Part shown: one piece after another, positions 40,078 through 52,355 of the stretch | Layout: every line of letters begins with the position of its first letter | Position numbering within the stretch: position 1 is the first letter of the stretch | NCBI GenBank assembly: GCA_028534125.1 | Contig: CM052816.1 | Span: 6,016,001-6,080,000 of the forward strand | Reading direction: 5' to 3' | Source of the DNA: Lama glama | Taxonomy: Eukaryota | Length of the DNA stretch: 64,000 bases | The notes under the pieces: generated by a model | What the model saw: only the letters and a program-made list of their open reading frames with translations | Told to the model about the DNA's origin: nothing | Databases searched by the model: none | Translations under genes and position numbers: made by a program

Positions 40078-42914
40078 CAAGCAGAGCAGAAAACAAAAGT
40101 GAAATGAGAAAGATAAAAGGATGTGGATGAAAACCAGGGGGCCAGGAGGGGAGGAGCTTGGAGCGGTGGGCGGCAACTCACAATGCTTGACAGAGACACC
40201 CTCTGTGCGGTGGCAGCGGTGTTCCCCAGATTCTCTTGCAGACCCGCCAGAGAAACACACACGTGGGCCTCGCCTGCAGTGACTGGTCATGGACATTCTA
40301 ACAGTCAAAGGAACCAAGGCGCTGAATGAGACTTGTTTATTTAAAGAGAAGAGACACCAATTTGTAGCATTTGTAGCAGCTTGAGATCCAGTTCTCTTGT
40401 ATCGTTGCTGTGCTTAAAGAGGCTGAACGAGCCATCAGTAAACTGCACGGTGGGAGAGCCCCTCCCTGCTCCCGGGGCCGCCAGGTGTGAAAACCCACAG
40501 CCTGCCTTTTCTCAAGTTTTGCTCTTGTTCCTTAGATTGGCAAGGAGTTGGGTGCCCTTAAAGAGGGTAGACTTGGCTTTGTCAGTAGATTCTTTACTGT
40601 TTGTTCATTAGTTTGTTTACTCATTCATTCATTCGTTCATTCATTCATTCACTCATTTATTCATAGTGCTATTGAGCATCTACTTTGCCAGCCTCAATTC
40701 TAAGCACAAGGGAGTATAGAGGAACACAAAAGACAGGGTCACTGCTCTGCTACCCTCACGGGGTTTACATTTCAGTGGCCTTGGGCTATGCACCTGTCTT
40801 ACATTCACTGAACATGTTTTATCCATTAGGATTTATGCGAGATGCTAGGAAAACTAAAATGAATGAGAAGGTGGACCCTGTAGTAATACCAAGGACTCAG
40901 GCAGATGATTGTATTTTTAATAATATAGGGGCAGTCTGAGAGCCAGGTCCAAGGAGGGTATCTAACTTAGCAACATGAGGGGAAATGTCTTCAAAAAATT
41001 GTTTCTCAAAAAGGACTTGAATTTATCTTTCTGTTTCGTAGTTATTGTCCAGTAAATAGTTGAATACTCACAATGCTTAGAAGAGTGTGTGCCACACGTA
41101 AGCCCTAGATAAACTCTTGTGCATGTCATTTTTAGCTAGGCATAGTATTAGGGACATCGGAAAGTAACGAGTACTAAACCTAGAGGCAGCTATACCTCTG
41201 GACAATGAGACCAGAGAGAGGAAGGAATTTTTCCAACTGGAATAAGAATGAGAATCTGCAGACACCTAGTCTGGTTTCTCTCCAGTACGATGCTATTGCA
41301 CACACTACGGGCAGCGCCGCGGAATTCATTGCATGGGTCTCTATTTTTAAAAATGAATAATGAGCTCTTAACACGCTCTTTGTAGACAGGCCCAGAGAGC
41401 AAAGGCGGCTGAATTCATCCTTTCTCAGCTGTATCAGACCTAGAAATTTCTCCTGGAGTGATGCTCAGGGAGAGAAAGCTGGGGGTTCTGCCACCATCTG
41501 TTCTAAGTAAATACCACCACTGGTCTTTATTTAGCAATCGCTCTTCCCAAGATCTCCGCGCTCGAGTTTAGAGGGGAAGGATGCTGGACACAGGGCAGTC
41601 AGCCAAACTCAAGTGGAGGAATAGTTACCGCATCAAACCAAGGCCATGCACGGTCTCGGACCAAACCACAGAGGCTGCTGAGTACATCACAGCTGGGGCC
41701 TGGCCAAACCCTGGAGAACGCAATTCCTCAGTCCCTGCAGCAGAGAAGTACAGTTTGGATATTTAAATCCGGGCGTATCTTGCCTGTGGGCTATGTTTCC
41801 AAAGGCAAATATTGTTGAGCGAGTCATTCCGTCATGCTGTGCCGTGGGTGGCAGCAGGTTGAGGGGACTGGGAACAGAGCCAGGACTGGGGTAGGCAGCA
41901 CGGAGGAGACGTGGGGGTGGGGGGAGTGATGGGGTCAGAAGCCAGGCCCGCAAGTCACAAATGTTACAGGATGAAGCTGTGTAGGAAGGTCCAGAGGTTG
42001 TGCAAATGTGAACCCACAGGAAACGAGGTCTGCAAAGTCTGGTAGCTCAACACTCAAGTAAAGAACCTGGAAACTGAGCCAAGGCACAAGCGGCGTTTTG
42101 CCAGCGGCAAGAAAAGGACTGTGACGTGGAGACTTTCTGACCCAGTCTCCTCTGCCTTGTGTTTCTTTTCATCCCCGTCGGAGCCAATTGAAAGCCAGCC
42201 AAACCCAAAGCCCCTGTTACCTTTCTGCCATCACTTGTTTAGATTCCCAGGCAGGACAGGGAACATACCAGGCTCTGGCTGCAGTATATTTATGATGCTC
42301 AGGCTCAATGAAAAACCTGCAGGGAGTGAGTTCTTAGTAAGAAGTGGAAAAGGGAGTATTTGTTCATTCATTCATATATTTATTCAGCGCCTTCCATGTG
42401 CCAAACACTGTGCTAAGTCCTGGAGATAAAACTGACACACAAAGGCAGCCGTGGTCTGTGCGCTCATAGCTTACAGACCTGTTGTGGAGAGTAGACGTTA
42501 ATCAAAGATTTATAAATTGAGAGAGAGAGAGAGAGACAGGCAGAGAGACACCACTGTGGTACATGCTCCAAACGAGAAGTAGCCAGGTCTGTCAGAGAGA
42601 TATGAACTGGTCAGGGTAGTCAGAGGAGACCTCCCGAGAAAGTGACCATTTGAAGTTTGCAAGAAAGAAACTAAAGTTTGGGAGTGGAAGAGAACATTCT
42701 GGTTCTTCTGCTAACGGACCTCAGCAGGAGGGAGCAACGTGAGACTGAATGCTTTATTTATTTCACAATTCAGTTTTACGATTAAGTAATTCAGTCATAC
42801 AGCAGCCCGCCGTGTGCTAGATGTGGGGTAGAATCCAAGTTTAGAAGGTACAGACCCTGTGCTGAAGAAGAGCTATTGTAAGAGGTCCAAACCTACCACA
42901 GGTTTTTATTGAAT

Positions 42915-43090
42915 TCCTCCTGTGTGCCAGGTGCTTTCCATCGGCCATTTAACATTAAGAGGGAGCTACTGTTATTCCCATTTACAGATGGGGAAACTGA
43001 GGCTTAGACAGATAACTTGCAGGATCTAGATCTGAACCTGACAGTAACAGCTCTCTTGACTGCCAAGCCCATGAACTTTTCATATAACCC
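42915..43090 (-). mobile_element. MIR SINE
   Basis: gttattcccatttacagatggggaaactgaggcttaga (reverse MIR core). Confidence 0.8.
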
Positions 43091-43256
43091 AATGCCTCTA
43101 CCCAGAGCCCTATACGGAAACTTACTAGAAGAATTTTGGGTGTCAGCCTACTTTTCCCCCTTCAGCAAGAGTTCTATCTAGACTTGATCTGTGCATCAAC
43201 ACTGGGTTGTGTGTATGAAACCATAAATACGTGCAGTTTAACGTTTTTAGTAAAAG

Positions 43257-43904
43257 TGTTACTGAACCGAACTTGGATGTGCTCGCCCGCGCGCAGTAAA
43301 GCCAATCTACTAACACCAGGTTGTAGTGAAGGAAAGTGCAGTGTTTGTTGCAGGAGGCCAAGCAAGGTGGGCAGATAGCTAAAGCTCAAGACACCCAAAC
43401 TCCCCAGTGGCCTTCAGGGAAAGTTTATTAAAGGTAGGAGGAGGGAGGGGGCTGTGAGGTGTGTGATCAACTCATGGATGTTCTCCTGATTGCTGTGTGG
43501 TGAGGTCATGGGGAGACATCATCAACCTTCTTCTCCACCTGGTCTGGGGTCTCCGTGCTCGTGGGCAGCATGCAGTTAACATGCACTTAACTTCTTCCTC
43601 CTGGTCAGGGTTTCCATGTCTGCAAAACAGCTCAAGGACATGGCTCAGGATATTATCTACAGCCATTGAGGAGGAACTGAAGGTCCTTGACTTTGTTTAA
43701 TGGCTGAACTGTTATTATTTTGTCTTGCTTGACTCTTTTCCTTTCTTTCTGCATTTTCTCACTCCTCTGGTTAAATTTACTCTTTGGAACTCAGGGAAGG
43801 CCTGGGAGGCTAAAGTTTTTCTACAGAAAAGAGTCAGGTGGGAGGACATGGGGGTGGGGGGGGTCTGTTCCGGGAAGGCCCCATGGGGTTCAGGTTGGGT
43901 ACCA
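43257..43904 (-). mobile_element. ERV1-class solo LTR (cetartiodactyl type)
   Basis: Starts tgttactgaacc and ends near gggtacca, with aaag at both flanks. Shares aagcaagg, cccaaact and aag(g)cccca motifs with the LTR at 34250. Confidence 0.82.
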
Positions 43905-46189
43905 AAGTAGGGTGTGTGCAGGTGTGTGCATGTGCGTGCATGCGCACACACACACACACACACGTACGTGGGGCTCATCTTTAAATGATCCAGGTATAAA
44001 AAGACATCCAGTCCTAAACCATGAGGAATATAAATTTAATCTTTCTTCTCTGGCTTTGACTGACCTTAGGATCTTAATGTGCAGGTCATCAAATCCAGCT
44101 CAGTTATCAAAGTACGGCAACTGGCTTGATGTGCTACTTAATGGAGTGTTACCAAGTAATAAATGCCAATATTTTAAACCCACCAAGGTCTTTAACGATC
44201 GTTGTATTAAGGGTTTCTCAAACTATATTCCACAAGAAACTTAGTTCTCAAGAAGTAAAAAATATGGAACCAGAAGAAAAGTAATGTATATTCGGTCAGA
44301 CAAACTTGAGACATATTTCATTTTATTTGAAAGCATCGTCGATCTTCTTAGAGCCTGTAATGGAGTAATGAGGACATGATCCTTGAAAACTTCAGGTTGT
44401 CACCTTCTACAGAAGTGGGGAAGGAATACATAGGTTTTTAAAAAATTATATTTAGCTATGGAATGGAACATACTATCCTCTCCTGGAACACAATTTTGGT
44501 AACAGGGGTTATTCCAGGCTACTTGTTTCACACACAGGTGTATAGGCAAAGAGACGAGCTGTTTTTGTTTTTTTTTTTAACACAGGATTATTGCCAATTT
44601 TTGGCACAGCCAGGACCAGAATCTGAGAACTCAAGAGGGATTTAAGGCATTGCCCTGACCCTGTCACATGTCCTTGCTTGGACTGACAAATCATATTTTT
44701 GAGTGTGTTTGGGGAATCAAAACATATCATGTTTAAATTCAGGTTTTCTTTTCATCCTCGCTTCTTTTTTTCTCTCTGTTGTAGAGTCAGAAATGCAAAT
44801 AATAAAGCTCCGTAAATAATAGCTCTCTCAGGTTTAAAAAAAAATAAAAGGAAGAAAGAGGTCCGATTTTAAGGTTATTCAAAGACATAAATAATTTGTG
44901 ATTATTGCCTGAGTTTTTCAGGCCATAAAAGCTCCCTGGGGCTTTTGTCTCCTGTCTTTTAGATCCTGGGTACTGTTCATGGGTGTCAGAGTGGGTTGAG
45001 CATGGAGGGTGAACAGCCCCATCAAAATCCTTGGTGATTTGTGTGGAAACTCGTGGTTCCTCCAGCTTCGCTACCAGGGCGTTTTTCGCTCCAGACGCTG
45101 TGATTATGAAATGTCATCGTGGAAACAGTTCAATATTCTCTCAAAAATATAAAAGCAACTGAAATGAAAAACTACCCAGAATCTCGAGCTCTCTTAAAGT
45201 CCGAGCTTTCTATAGATCCAAGCAGATTGATTTTTGTGGAGGATGGTGTGCACGCCTGTCCCCTAAAAATCATCTCTCTTCCACTACCCCATGATGTGCC
45301 CAAAGTTCCTCCATTAGGGAGACACAAGGCCCCTATTAGGAGTACAAATATTAGCAAACAACTTAGTGGAGTCTGTTTGACAGAGGATAGCACAGATGTA
45401 GAGAAAGTCAGGTCTGGTGTGTCTAGAAATTTGCTCATTGTCACCTCCATACCTACCACGTGTCGGCAGCGTTCGATATACAGTGGAGTATTTTATCAGA
45501 CTTAAAACTGGACAATCAGAAGGACATGTCTGATGGAATCACATACAGGGGTTTCACTTACTGAATTGAATTATGTCTGTGTTGAACTAGAAAGACTGAG
45601 AGCAACAGGGGATTTAAATGGTTGCCTTTTAAACATGACTCTTCCCTTTACCCTTGACATGTCCAGGAGTCAGTGTGAGCTGGAGCAAGTCCAGGTGATG
45701 CTGCCAGAGTGGGGCTCGGGCCCTCCAGTGCTTTCATGGTGGGGATATCTTGATATACTGGGTAAAAACCCGTATATTTTTGTCCAGCATGGGAAAAAAA
45801 ACAGTGAGAAAACGCCCCTTCTTTATAACTACATTAAAAGATGTTTAAGGGTAATTTTAACAGTTCAAGATTTTCTAACCCACTGATTAGACACTTAGCC
45901 TCATATATGATCTGACTCTACTGAATTGGCCATCATTTGTTTACATATAACCTGATGTCCTGAGTGGTTACTTGTATGGTGTCACACAGTTGACGACATG
46001 AAGAACCAAATTTCCAAGAGGGCCTGCCTCGAAGAGCCAATCCCAGTCTTCTGTAACACACTGATATTGACAGGACAGTCACCAAGGATGGTGGAGATCT
46101 CCCTCTGTCTACCCCATACCCATTCCCCTTTCCTCCCCAGGAAAACATCCCTGTATTGTTCAACGGAAATTTACCTAGCTGTCAGTGAA

Positions 46190-46540
46190 TAGGTATGACT
46201 TATGTGTGGAAGTCATCGGTTAGGACCTGAAATTCTGAATTTGACTTTCCTGGGTGCTACACTCTTTTGTTCTTTTTTGCTCCCTTCTTCCAGCTTTCTG
46301 GAATATTCACTTAATGACTGGAACTTCAGCAGCCATTAAGGACCATGAGGCAACCTAGAGGAGAGCAGTCATTCAGTAGAGTTGGTAAAAGGGAGAAGAG
46401 AGATCCTGAGTCCCTGATGACTGGATGTCCATCTCTCTATGTCTTTAACATGAGAGGAAAATCAATTCATGTCTCACTTAAGGCAGTGTTATTTTGGGTG
46501 TCTGTCACTATCAATTTTAAAGAATTCCTAAATGATATAC
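46190..46540 (+). mobile_element. MaLR (MLT1-type) LTR fragment
   Basis: cagccattaaggaccatgagg...cttaaggcagtgttattttgggtgtctgtcact...cctaaatgata. Confidence 0.6.
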
Positions 46541-48217
46541 TACAGTTTTCATAAACACTTCTATTATAAAATCCTTGAGCAATCATAGAAGAATTCAATT
46601 TTAGAGATAGAACAGACTCTTAATTTGATCCAACTGCCTTATTCTTTGGACTGGAGTAATGAATGCCAGTTATTCATTCATTTAACAAAATTATCAAGTG
46701 GATAAAACATATCAAGTTCAGGGAAACTGAAATAAAGAGACAGCTCTTTCCTTCAAAGAACTTACCATCTAACTCAGGAGGTCAGTAGGGAAGAAAAACT
46801 TAAAATTCAGCCATTTAAGAGCTATAATGGAAGAGTATACTAGGATATTTTAGGAATATAGAAGTAGATTACCTAATTCAACTTTGGAAGGGCTGGGTGA
46901 CCTCAGGAAATTCTTTTAAAAGAAATGAGCCCAGGGGCCAAGGCTCTGAGGAAGAGTAGAAAGTTAAATAGAAGAAAAGCAACTGGCCAACACCACATAA
47001 CAAACTTGTAACAAGGTTAGAGCCTCAACCCCAGGGTCTTAAATCTTCCTGCTTTGTTCTTGCTACCATATCAGCTACTGAAAATGTTCTTTTATAGCCA
47101 TATCTTGACTTTATCCATTTTACTGAAACATCAGATGATTCCTCTTCTCTACAGTGAATAACCACACTGGTGAGCAACTGAGGCTTCAAGACAACTTGGG
47201 GAAAATATTAATGAGACATATTTTTAAAAGTAGAAAATTAGGTAAATTTTGATTTTAAAAAGTGCGCATGTTCATTATAAAAAGGGTGATAATTCAGAAA
47301 AGCATAAGAAAGAAATACCTGAATTGCCATCATCATAGCAGGTCTGGTTTAAAATAACAGAATCTCTTAACTTAGTACTTTTAATGTGTGCTCATGAAAG
47401 GAAGGAAGGAAGGGAGGGAGGAAGAGACTATCCTTACATCTTCTATTACCTGCTTTATTAAACATGCACCATGGAATACCCTCAGGCATCAGGAGAGGTC
47501 AGGCAGATCAGGCTTCACCCACCACCGCCTCAAGGTAATACTCAGACTCCAAACTGAACGATTCAGCTTTTATCTTTTTTATTTGTTTACAAATGAGATT
47601 GAGGGCCATAGTAGCTCAAAACAGGTTAGAGTAGATGAAAAGCCAGAGACAGGTGCACAGGTAGGCAGGCCAGTGAGTTGGTATCTCCCAAAATGATATC
47701 CTCCAAACATCAAAGAGCTGCAGATGCAGGCAGAGCAAAGCAAGAGGAAGGCTGGTGGTGGCGGTGCTCAGTGCCCTTCCATTGTCTGGGGAAATTCAAC
47801 TCTGGGCCAAACCAGCACCCACGACTCAATCACCCTCTTTAGGAAGAACTTGTATTTGGTAGGATGCTTTTGGCTACAGGTAACAGACACTAGTTCATAT
47901 TGGCTTAATAATGAGGACACTTATCACTGTATGTGATAGGAAACCCAGAGGTAGGCAGGGTTCAGAACTAGCTGATTCAATGTAACCCAGCAAGAAAGCA
48001 TCCAAATTCTTTCTTTTTCCATCCTCACTGTTGTCCTCAGGCTGTCCCCTCTTGCTCACTAGATGGCTTCCAATAGCAAATGAGTTATCCCAGCAAAGGT
48101 CAGAAAGAGAAACCTATTTGATGCAAACCTTTCCTTCAGTCTGATCGGGTTAGCATAGGTCATACACACACCTGTTCCAATAACATACTCCTAAGGAATA
48201 GCAAAATCTGGTTAAAC

Positions 48218-48775
48218 CAGAGATTTGCAAACTATTTCTGGAAAGGACCAAATAATAAAAAATTTAGGCTTTGTGGGATGTACAGTCTCTGTCACAAATA
48301 TTGAACCCTGCCATCATAGTGGTATGTAAATGAGCATGGGTATGTTCCAATAAAACTTTATTTATGTATATGAAAAGGTCACAATAGGAAACTCTATAGA
48401 TACAGAAAGTAGATTAGTGGCTGCCTTGGGTTTGAGGGGTTGGGGGCATACACGGAGTTTCTTTTGAGGATAAAGAAAACCTAAAATTGATGGTGGGTGA
48501 TGATTGCACAACCCTGTGAATATACTAAAAGCCATTGAATTATATACTTAAAATGAGTGAATTATACAGTATGTGAATTATACATCAACAAAGCTGTTTA
48601 AAAAAAAACTTCAGGGACACTGAAATTTGAATTTCATATAATTTTCACAAGTCAAGAAATACTATTCTTCTTTGGATTTTTCCCCCCAACCATTTAAAAC
48701 ACAGAAACAGTCGTTAGCTTGCAGGCAGTGGTGGCTGGCCAAATTTGGCCCATTGGCTTGAGCTGACCAATCCTG
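48218..48775 (+). mobile_element. MER58-type hAT MITE interrupted by an L1 3' end (~48366-48608)
   Basis: caaactatttctggaaaggacc...gttccaataaaactttattt; then L1 agatacagaaagtagattagtgg...gtgaatatactaaaa...aaagctgttta; then gacactgaaatttgaatttcatataattttcac...atttggccc. Confidence 0.8.
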
Positions 48776-49559
48776 GCTTGGATCCATCGAAATGCCCTTC
48801 TAGAGGTAGGAAAGGAGTGTACCTCTTCTGAGTCAAATGAGGGGAAATCTCACACTTGAAAAAGTCAGGAGTGCATTAGGGAGGAAGCAAAGAGAAATGG
48901 ATGGCAGGGAGGCAAACAGGTATGCCCCTTGAGACAATTTAGGAAACATCTCTTATTGATCCTGGGGCATGAAACTTTATCTGCAAACACTTTATCAAAA
49001 TATTCTTTCAATCCTTTCTACTACCCTGGAGGAATTCTCATAAATAAAAATTTTCTCCATCTCATTATATTTCCAATGAAACATGAATATCCTCACAGAT
49101 GCTCCCAAGGGGGCCAGAGATCAAGGGTACCTTTCTTATCAGAGGCAGACACGGGGACAAATAAGCCATTTTGAGTCATTCCCCGTGGGTGACGCTACTG
49201 AAACAGAGCTTCTGGGACTTAGGTCACTTGCCTCTGTGGCAAGTAATTTAAGAAAAACTTCTGTTTTATTCCTTTTGCTTCTATTCTGGCTTTGGAATTT
49301 GCCTTCCAGAGTTTGAGAGGAAATGGGATGCATTACAAAGATCACAGACAGAAATTCAAGAGACCTGGCCTCAAATTGCTGCATGCCCTTGGGGCAGTCC
49401 CCTTACCTACTAAATAGACAGTGATGAGTGCAACAAGAACATAAAGGTAAATTGCTCTTCTGAGTCTGAAGGACACGCAGATGATCCCTCGTAGTTTGGA
49501 GGAGAGAAGAGGGTTCTTAGAGCAAGAGCAGGTGAAATAAGTCTTCAGGGAGTGGTGGT

Positions 49560-50250
49560 AATTGAGAGGGCGGCGAAGGGGCCTCAGGTGGCAAGAGTAT
49601 GGGATTGATTGAGGGTTGGGGGAGCCTGCAGGAATGCTGGGAGGGGAGGAGCGTGGAGGTGGAGCTGGGAGGGGGAGTTCTGGATGGATCAGAGGGGGGA
49701 GTGGGCGGTTCTCGGGGGCGGGGCGGGGCGGGGCGGAGCTGCGAGGGCACAGGACGCTCACCCGCCGCTCTGCCCGCTGCCCCCGCTGCGGCCCCAGATC
49801 TCCGCTCTCTGTGGGCAGCTCCCTGCCGCAAGTCCGCCATCTTTGTCTCCTAGCTGCCCTTTCGCTCACGTTCAGTTCCCCGCCCCACGAAGAAGGACGG
49901 AGTCGCCTGCTCCAGTGTGTTGAGGCAAGTGTATTTCACTTAAAGTGAACAAAATTGAGTTCCTTGGCTTTATAAACTCCTGGTGCACACTCCATATGTT
50001 TTCTCATGGCTTTCTGGAAAAAGCTCTGCCGTAACCGTCTCGACCAAGCAGGCAGGTGAACGGAAGGCCGCTCAGTGTTTCCAAAGGGAGTGACCGGTCT
50101 CCTTTCGGGAAAGAGAATTTTCCAGAAGGTAGTTGAGAGCAGAGGACGGTGTCGGGGTGGAGGGTAGGGAGTTCCCTCAGGGACCATCAGCGGGGCCGCT
50201 TTTCAGGCTAACGGAGTTGGGTACTGAGGAACGCGAGCTAAAAAGCTTGC
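49560..50250. promoter_or_regulatory. Orphan CpG-island-like promoter element with tandem GC boxes and a YY1 motif
   Basis: Sharp local rise in GC and CpG; (GGGGC)4 at ~49715-49736; CCGCCATCTT at 49834-49843; TTTATAAA at 49969-49976. Confidence 0.7.
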
Positions 50251-51310
50251 CTTAGAGATTTTTGCAGGGACGCTACCATTTGCAGTAATGGAGCAAGCCC
50301 TCTACTCATCTAATTGGAAAGAACTGTGGGTGGAGTGGGGCAAAGGCAGGGGGAGAGCAGGTGTTACCAGTTACTCAGGCTGACGCCTGATGAGCCTGGA
50401 GGGAGGAGTCAGTGCGCTGCCCTGTGCCTCCAAGAGATTGGGAAGGACACTGTTTCCCTGCTCCGAAAAATGCCCAGGTGAAGACTTGGGAGCTCAGCTT
50501 GAGAATTGAAATAGTTTGGATTCTGTATGCTTTGCAGCATCCTCAGGACGCCAGTGCCTTTTGAGAAACAACGTATGTAAGTGAGTCTCTGTTCAGTAGA
50601 GCCCTATTGAAATCGCTGCGTACGGTTTCTGAACCTCAGTTTTCTCATCTATAAAACGGAATAATTATACTCTACCTCCTGGGTTTGTTGTGAGGATGAT
50701 GTAAGAGATACTGTCTTGATACAGGTCAGCTTATCTAATCCTCACCACGGCCCTAGAAGCAGGGACTATTAGCATGCCCATTTTAAAAGTGAGGACACTC
50801 AGGTACCCGGTTACATGGTAGAGCTGAGATTTGAACCCGGGCAGCTTGACTTCAGAGCCTGAGCCCCGTGTTGTGCGTCTTGGTGCATCATTAGGACTCA
50901 ACAAATAGGGGTTGGATAATGTTGGTGTGCACAATTTTATAAAAATCCCTTTTCTTAGTGTCAAAAGGCTCCCAGACTCTGAAAAACCGTGGGGGCATAA
51001 GAAGAGAAAGGGAGAAAGAAGGGGCACATGCAGGAAGGGCCTGTTGCTTTTCTGGAATTGGGATGGGCTGGACCAGGTGGATGCTCACAGCACTCCTGCC
51101 TGCTGGTGCAGCCAAGTGTCTGTGGAGTTGGGTTCAGGACCGAGAAGGCATGGGTGAGCTGGGTAGCCGCTAGGCTTTATGTCAGATTCTACTCTGATGT
51201 GCTTTGGGAGGTTTGGAAAGACCTTGGGAAAGTCCTCAAACCATTGTGAGTCTCCATCATTCTGTACGAAGGGGATAATCCTTTCTGTTTTCCCTCAGAA
51301 TAAGCTTTTG

Positions 51311-52355
51311 TTTTTGTTTATTATTCATTCATTTATTCATTTCAGTTCATTGAGATGTAATTGACACAGAGCCCTATGTAAGTTTAAGGTGATTTGACTT
51401 ACATATGTTGTGAAGTGATAACCACAGTAAGTTTAGTTAACATCCAACATCTCATACAGTAGATAGGAAAAAAAAAAGGAGAAGAAGAAAAAAATTTGTG
51501 ATGAGAGCTCTTGGGATTTACTCTAACAACTTTCAAATTTCTGGTACAACAGTGTTAACTATAGTTGTCATGTTGCATTCATTCCATCCCTAGTACTTGT
51601 TTATCTTACAAGTGAAAGTTTGTACCTTTTGACCACCTTTATCTATGTTTGCTGCCCCCAAGTCCCTGCTTCTGATAACCTCAGAATCTAATTTCTTTCA
51701 CAGCCTCCCAGGTGTTCTTGGTCAGCTACAGCCAGCAGCGGGCTGCACTGTGACTCAGCTCCCCAGCCTGGGAAGGGGCAGACCAAGCTCCAGGGCGAGC
51801 ACATCTGTGTGTTGAGGAGCCGAATCAGGCAGAAGGACACCTTGCCGAGTTCCCTGGTCAGCCTGCACCACTGTCTTGAATCCGCAGATGAGCAAAGCTG
51901 CCGGTTTGAACAACCACGTGGGTTGTGCAGGTAGGAACTTGATCTGCCAAGATGCAAATGTCGGTTGTTTCAAGTGCCTCCCCACTTCTTTGTCACCATC
52001 AGATTCCTGATGGTCAAGCCTCACAGGTTCCCCCACAATACCTGTGGGGCGAGACCAGTGTACAGGCTCTCAAGAAGACTGGGGAAGCTGGATGTCCACC
52101 CTCTCTTTCCTCGTTGGAGGAACCACAGGGGAAACCTCCCAGTATAGTGCTGTGCTGACCTGGGGGACGGACCAGCTCCTCTTACCTTTCCAGTGTTGTC
52201 TATCTTGGTTTCTGTGATGCAGGGGGTGCTTCAGCCTCACCTCCATGTTCTAGGATTCTCTCAGTGGTGACTTGTCCACGAATAGTTGCTAGTTATTCTT
52301 CCTGTGCTGGGGAGAAAAGTCAGGAACTACCTGTGTTGCCATCCCAGTGACGTCC
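51311..52355 (-). mobile_element. L1 (L1MA9-like) 3' end joined directly to an L1 5'-UTR-like segment; internally deleted element
   Basis: 3' end attgagatgtaattgac...gaaagtttgtaccttttgaccacc (to ~51699). The right end reads ggacgtcactgggatggcaacacagg on the minus strand, like an L1 5' start. Degenerate TSD aataagcttttg / agtaaggttttg. Confidence 0.7.

Noticed and set aside
34250..43904. Possible ~9.6-kb provirus bounded by the two LTRs
   Set aside because: The LTRs differ in length and sequence and have separate TSDs. The interval contains L1, MIR, Tigger and U4 sequence and no gag/pol/env that I can see.
45119..45886. 128-aa and 117-aa plus-strand ORFs with ordinary-looking composition
   Set aside because: No recognisable family, no supporting splice structure, and lengths compatible with chance. 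A BLASTP/tBLASTn search would settle it.
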